Assembly (NCBI GenBank): GCA_036338455.1
Contig: JAYZCF010000155.1
Coordinates: 1-52,976, forward strand
Source of the DNA: Planctomycetota bacterium
Lineage (GTDB): Bacteria; Planctomycetota; Planctomycetia; Pirellulales; Pirellulaceae
Reading direction: 5' to 3'
Length of the DNA: 52,976 nt
The position numbers and the translations under genes are program-made. Positions 48,440 through 52,976 of this stretch are shown here, piece by piece. Position 1 is the stretch's first letter, and each line of letters begins with the position of its first letter. The notes under the pieces are model-generated. The model worked only from the letters and a program-made list of their open reading frames with translations. It was not told where the DNA came from and ran no database searches.

Positions 48440-49039
48440 TTATTTCAGTAGCGGGTCGATCGTCTTGAGATCAAAATCGGCACGGTTCGGTCCTTGCCCG
48501 GCAATCACCTCAAAAACAAGGTCCGACGACTGATTGTAATGATGGGGAATCGCATCATCCGACTCGCTCAGAGGCCCCGACCCAGCGGAAAACAAGGCCT
48601 GCAAATCCAACCCTTCTCGCGAACGCCCCGCCTCCTCTTCTTCGCTCGAGGCGTTTAACGGTTTACTGATAAACACTCGATGCCTGCCTGCCATGGCACC
48701 TGCTCTCAGTCCGTTCTGATGCAATTCATATTTTCCCGCTTGATCCGTCACACCATAAGAGAGGGCAAAATCAGGATCCATTTGGTGTTCCAGAGGCAAG
48801 AACAAAACCCGCGCATTTTCAACCGGTTGCCCGTCAAGCTGAACTCTTCCATGAACTTCGACTAAGGCCACAGCCTCGCGATTTGGCAATTCGCAGCCAA
48901 CGGACAGAATCATGGAAAAGGATAGCAGTGTAAACAAGCCAACGAGTCGCCCTAGCGAGCCGTTGCGGTCCGAGCGGTCAACCGTTCGTCTTACCATCGA
49001 TTCTTCTATCCCCTTTTCGATACAATCAGCAAACTGCAT
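48440..49039 (-). CDS. Planctomycete-type lipoprotein (carboxypeptidase-regulatory-like/transthyretin-like fold)
   Basis: Lipobox-like SVG|C, then VHGRVQLDGQPV, GVTDQAGKYEL, GRHRVFIS, IPHHYN and NRADFDL. The start may be the ATG at 48997. Confidence 0.82.
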   Translation of the reverse strand: MQFADCIEKGIEESMVRRTVDRSDRNGSLGRLVGLFTLLSFSMILSVGCELPNREAVALVEVHGRVQLDGQPVENARVLFLPLEHQMDPDFALSYGVTDQAGKYELHQNGLRAGAMAGRHRVFISKPLNASSEEEEAGRSREGLDLQALFSAGSGPLSESDDAIPHHYNQSSDLVFEVIAGQGPNRADFDLKTIDPLLK

Positions 49040-49406
49040 CAGATAGAGCCGTGCCGGCCTTTGGTTCCGCCCTCCAGCGTTTCGCTCTCGCCCGCAGCCA
49101 AGAAAATCCTAGATCATTCCTCTTCCACCGACCAGACCGGGTGACTCGGGCCAAACCGACCTGAATGCCCCATATCAATGGGGCGGAATATGCAGAAGGA
49201 CGCCTCTCGGGACCCCTGAATATGCGTGGACGAACCCCAACGCGTCTACTGCCCGCCCCCGCCCGTTCGAATTATAATCTGGCTTGACCCATTCACCTTG
49301 GAAACGACTTCCGGGTAGGAGGTCCGAGAATTCCCTATCTGGCAAACGTTGGATAGGGCACGTCTCATTAGATTATTTCGAGGAAAACAGGTTCAGGAGA
49401 TTTTTC

Positions 49407-50468
49407 GTGGCAGAAAAGATTGTCATTATCGGCAGTGGTCCAGCGGGTTGGTCAGCGGCTATCTACGCGGCTCGGGCCAGTCTGTCTCCTCTGGTTTTTG
49501 AAGGAACGGTCAAGCCAGAAATGATCCCCTTGGGACAATTGGCCTTTACGACCGAAGTTGAAAACTATCCCGGCTTCCCATTTGGTAATATCCGGGCCTT
49601 TGTAGAATCGGCCGTCGAAAAGGAGCGACATTGGAATTTGCCACCCGCCCCTGATCACAAACGTGACGGTGTATACCATTACGCGGTGCAGGGCATTGAG
49701 TTAATGGAGCTCATGAAACAGCAGGCAATGAACTTTGACACACGAGTGATTGGTGACGATGTCGTCGATCTGGATCTCAGCACAAGACCTTTCAAAGTGA
49801 TCCCAGCCAACGGTGAACCGGTCGAAGCGCATACCATCGTCATTGCCACAGGCGCCCGTGCAAATTACATCGGTTTGGAGTCCGAGGAAAATTACAAGAA
49901 CAAGGGAGTCAGTGCTTGTGCCGTTTGTGATGGAGCCCTTCCCCTGTTCCGTGGTAAACCCCTGGCTGTTGTGGGCGGCGGCGACTCGGCCGTCGAAGAG
50001 GCGACTTATCTGGCCAACCTGAAGGATGCCTCGACGATTTACATGATTATCCGACGCGATGAGATGCGGGCTTCCAAAATCATGCAGCAGCGGGCATTGG
50101 ATCACCCCAATATCGAAATCAAGTGGAATAGCGTTGTCGATGAGGTATTGGGGGACGGGGATCTGGTCAACGGGATTCGGCTGCGAAACACGGTCGACGA
50201 TTCGACCAGTGAACTCGCCGTGGGCGGGATGTTCGTAGCGATCGGCCACACACCGAACACCGGTTTCCTCCAAGACAAGGTGCAGATGAACGAGAAAGGC
50301 TACATTCAGTGGCAACGCCCCTTCCGCACCCACACCAGTGTGGATGGTGTTTTTGCAGCTGGGGATGTGGCCGACGATTACTATCGTCAGGCGATCACCT
50401 CGGCCGGCACAGGCTGCATGGCCGCCCTCGATGTCGAACGTTGGCTCGCCGAAAAAGGGATCGAATAA
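49407..50468 (+). CDS. trxB: Thioredoxin reductase
   Basis: [38 protein letters not shown] and RQAITSAG. The GTG at 49407 follows AGGAGA, and a TATAAT lies at 49273-49278. Confidence 0.95.
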   Translation: MAEKIVIIGSGPAGWSAAIYAARASLSPLVFEGTVKPEMIPLGQLAFTTEVENYPGFPFGNIRAFVESAVEKERHWNLPPAPDHKRDGVYHYAVQGIELMELMKQQAMNFDTRVIGDDVVDLDLSTRPFKVIPANGEPVEAHTIVIATGARANYIGLESEENYKNKGVSACAVCDGALPLFRGKPLAVVGGGDSAVEEATYLANLKDASTIYMIIRRDEMRASKIMQQRALDHPNIEIKWNSVVDEVLGDGDLVNGIRLRNTVDDSTSELAVGGMFVAIGHTPNTGFLQDKVQMNEKGYIQWQRPFRTHTSVDGVFAAGDVADDYYRQAITSAGTGCMAALDVERWLAEKGIE

Positions 50469-50616
50469 ACCAGATGGAAAGAAGCGACAGGCCCTCCCTA
50501 CCGCAAGTGGAATTCTGTCGGCGACAGGGTAGCTGGATCACCTGGTGAACGAGAGCTCAAGCTCGGGAAATCTCCATCGGCAGATCCCCAAGCATAAATC
50601 AGAAAGTGACAAAACG

Positions 50617-52365
50617 ATGAGTCAAAACAAGACCTTCCGCGATCGTGAAATCCTTTCAGCCGCGCAAGACCGCGGTAGCGCCGCCATGCTGGGCGCGTTT
50701 TTCAAACTTTCCGGGCCAGGCTGGTTGCAAAGCGCGATCACATTGGGCGGGGGGTCACTGGGAGGCGCTTTATACCTGGGAATGCTGGCCGGCTACAGCA
50801 TGCTCTGGCTACAACTCGTAGCCATCGTGATCGGCGTGATCATGTTATCGGCCATCAGTTATGTCACGCTCTCTACCGGCACCCGCCCTTACACGGCGAT
50901 CAACGAATATGTCAATCCAGTACTCGGGGTCGGCTGGATTACGGCAACCATTCTGGCCAACATGATCTGGATCGTCCCACAATTCAGCCTCTGCTTTGAC
51001 TCCTTGGACACGAGCCTGGGGCAGGTCAGCGACACGAACACGATGAAAATCATTATCTCCGCCGTGATTGCCATCGCGGCGCTGGTGATTGTCGGGCTGA
51101 GCTTCAAACCGGGTTGGATGTCTCGTCTGTTTGACCTCTTCCTGAAACTCATGGTCGGCTGCGTGGTGATCTGTTTCGTATTGGTCGTGATCCTGCTGTT
51201 TCGCAATGGCAGTATCCAGTGGAACGAAATCCTGTATGGATTCGTGCCGAATATCTTTCACTGGTCAGAACCGGCACCGGACATCGTGGCTCTGGCATCG
51301 ACCCTGTCCCCCGATGCAGCCAATTTTTGGTCCTCCAAAGTGGTAGAAAGTCAGCAGAGCAGTATGATCGGGGTGACGGCAACAGCCGTCGGGCTCAACA
51401 TGACCTTCCTGTTACCCTACTCCATGCTCGCCAGAGGATGGGACAAACCATTTCGCGGCCTGGCCCGTTTTGATCTGATTACCGGGATGGCCATCCCCTA
51501 TCTGATCGTTACCAGCTGCATCGTGATCGCTTCGGCACATGCCTTTCACGCTAAAGCAGATGCCGAGTTCCTCAGTCCCGACCCGGCCGTCATCCAAACC
51601 AGTCGCCTGTTTGGCGGTGCCAAAAAGGTACTGATCGGACGTTACGACGCGACGGCGGATAACGCGGCCAGACAGGCGTTTAGCCAAATGGACGAGGCCG
51701 CACAGGACAAGGAGCTGGCCAAATATGCCAGTACGATGAGTGCTGAAGAACGAAAATTGGCAGCCACCCTGATTAAGCCGTCTGCCGGGCAACTGGCCGC
51801 TTCGCTCGCCCCTGTTCTAGGCAAAGAGCAGGCCAACCTCGTGTTTGGTATCGGTGCTTTGGCGATGGGTTTTTCCACGATTATCATCCTTATGCTGATC
51901 AATGGATACGCGTTTGCGGAAATCGCCGGTCGGTACGACAACAATTATTGGCGGATGGCAGGAGCGATCTCGGCCGTTCTGGTCGGTTTCTTCTGGTGGT
52001 GGTTATGGGCCGGAATTTCCAAGACCTGGTTGATCATTGTTGCCTCCACCTTTGGCGCAATCCTTTTGCCAATCGCCTACATTTCATTCTTCGCGTTGAT
52101 GAATAACCGCCGACTCCTGGGTGATGAAAAACCGGTAGGAACCCGGATGATTATCTGGAACGTTCTGATGGGCTTGGGAGTTCTGGGGGCAATCGCCCAG
52201 GCTGTCGGTGCCATCATGACCAAGATCAATGACCCGGCCACAGGTGGTTTTGTGATCGGTGGTGTGGTGACATTCCTGTTATTGGCGATTGTCGGTTTTT
52301 CAGCTCGATTCCGACGTCACGACTCGTCTGCTTCGGTCAAGGCGGCAACAGATGATCAGATGTAG
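50617..52365 (+). CDS. NRAMP-like (APC fold) transporter with an atypical TM1 motif
   Basis: About 12 TM helices with the [16 protein letters not shown]-terminal segment. The ATG at 50617 is preferred over 50545. Confidence 0.75.
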   Translation: MSQNKTFRDREILSAAQDRGSAAMLGAFFKLSGPGWLQSAITLGGGSLGGALYLGMLAGYSMLWLQLVAIVIGVIMLSAISYVTLSTGTRPYTAINEYVNPVLGVGWITATILANMIWIVPQFSLCFDSLDTSLGQVSDTNTMKIIISAVIAIAALVIVGLSFKPGWMSRLFDLFLKLMVGCVVICFVLVVILLFRNGSIQWNEILYGFVPNIFHWSEPAPDIVALASTLSPDAANFWSSKVVESQQSSMIGVTATAVGLNMTFLLPYSMLARGWDKPFRGLARFDLITGMAIPYLIVTSCIVIASAHAFHAKADAEFLSPDPAVIQTSRLFGGAKKVLIGRYDATADNAARQAFSQMDEAAQDKELAKYASTMSAEERKLAATLIKPSAGQLAASLAPVLGKEQANLVFGIGALAMGFSTIIILMLINGYAFAEIAGRYDNNYWRMAGAISAVLVGFFWWWLWAGISKTWLIIVASTFGAILLPIAYISFFALMNNRRLLGDEKPVGTRMIIWNVLMGLGVLGAIAQAVGAIMTKINDPATGGFVIGGVVTFLLLAIVGFSARFRRHDSSASVKAATDDQM

Positions 52366-52406
52366 GACGAATAACCCTTTATACTGAATGGGAAAACGGA
52401 AGTTTC

Positions 52407-52976
52407 ATGGAAAAATTATCGGTCGCTCAGGCGCGTCAAGAAGCATCAATTGGCCACCAGGTCTGCCTGCAAGGATGGGTTCGTACCCGACGTGACTCCA
52501 AAGCCGGCTTCAGCTTTATCGAGATCAACGACGGATCCTGTCAGGGCAACATACAGATCATTGCCGATGCCGATCTGGAGAATTACGAATCGGAGATTAA
52601 AAACCTGACGGCCGGCTGCAGCATTTCGGCCGCTGGGGAACTGAAAGAGTCCGGGGGCAAGGGCCAATCCACCGAACTCCTGGCCAGTGAGGTTACCGTC
52701 CATGGGTGGGCCGACCCGGAAACCTACCCTCTGCAGAAAAAGCGACACTCGTTTGAAAAACTACGGGAGTGGGCTCACCTGCGCCCCCGTACCAATACAT
52801 TCGGCGCGGTGGCCCGCGTGCGCAACTGCATCTGTAACTCGATTCACCAGTTCTTCCAGGAAGATGGATTCCTGTACGTCCACACACCCGTCATTACCGC
52901 CAGCGATTGCGAGGGGGCCGGTGAAATGTTCCAAGTCACCACGATGGACCTGGAACATGTTGCCAAAAACTCGATC
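52407..52976 (+). CDS. asnS: Asparagine--tRNA ligase, 3'-truncated by the window edge (absent from the ORF track)
   Basis: Manual translation from ATG 52407 gives MEKLSVAQ...[10 protein letters not shown]...NDGS...[34 protein letters not shown]...[18 protein letters not shown], with no stop before the end of the window. Confidence 0.95.
   Translation, partial: MEKLSVAQARQEASIGHQVCLQGWVRTRRDSKAGFSFIEINDGSCQGNIQIIADADLENYESEIKNLTAGCSISAAGELKESGGKGQSTELLASEVTVHGWADPETYPLQKKRHSFEKLREWAHLRPRTNTFGAVARVRNCICNSIHQFFQEDGFLYVHTPVITASDCEGAGEMFQVTTMDLEHVAKNSI

Noticed and set aside
1-52976. Mobile elements, prophage, tRNA/rRNA or defence systems
   Set aside because: I recognised no transposase, integrase, phage, nuclease or toxin-antitoxin motifs and no tRNA cloverleaf. 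The CPBP 'Abi' family name does not by itself imply phage defence.

Overview
This is a gene-dense, mostly housekeeping bacterial chromosome segment. It is very likely from a planctomycete (Pirellulaceae-like), inferred from two DUF1559 prepilin-like genes, a planctomycete-type lipoprotein and several zinc-ribbon membrane proteins. About 40 CDS are supported. They include argB-argF-rph, sucA-sucB-lpdA, a family-5 UDG, dapL, nadE-pta, an acyl-CoA catabolic group (carboxyltransferase, acyl-CoA dehydrogenase, thiolase, prpD), an S9 peptidase, an aldo/keto reductase, a glutaminyl cyclase, trxB, an NRAMP-like transporter and a 3'-truncated asnS that the ORF track misses. I found no rRNA, tRNA, CRISPR array or mobile element. 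The best candidate for an uncharacterised system is a stand-alone FAAL-ACP-alpha-oxoamine synthase fusion (1385-4783), which could make sphingoid- or capnine-like aminoketone lipids without acyl-CoA. It lies upstream of a glycosyltransferase cluster that includes a ceramide-glucosyltransferase-like enzyme and a coiled-coil 'ruler'-like protein. Non-coding signals include a 4x17-bp tandem repeat at the rph stop, four back-to-back hairpins with loop-loop complementarity (27443-27548), a hairpin-dense 565-bp intergenic region with competing folds, a dyad upstream of sucA and a terminator-like hairpin in the nadE leader. All family calls come from motif recognition by eye, not database searches.
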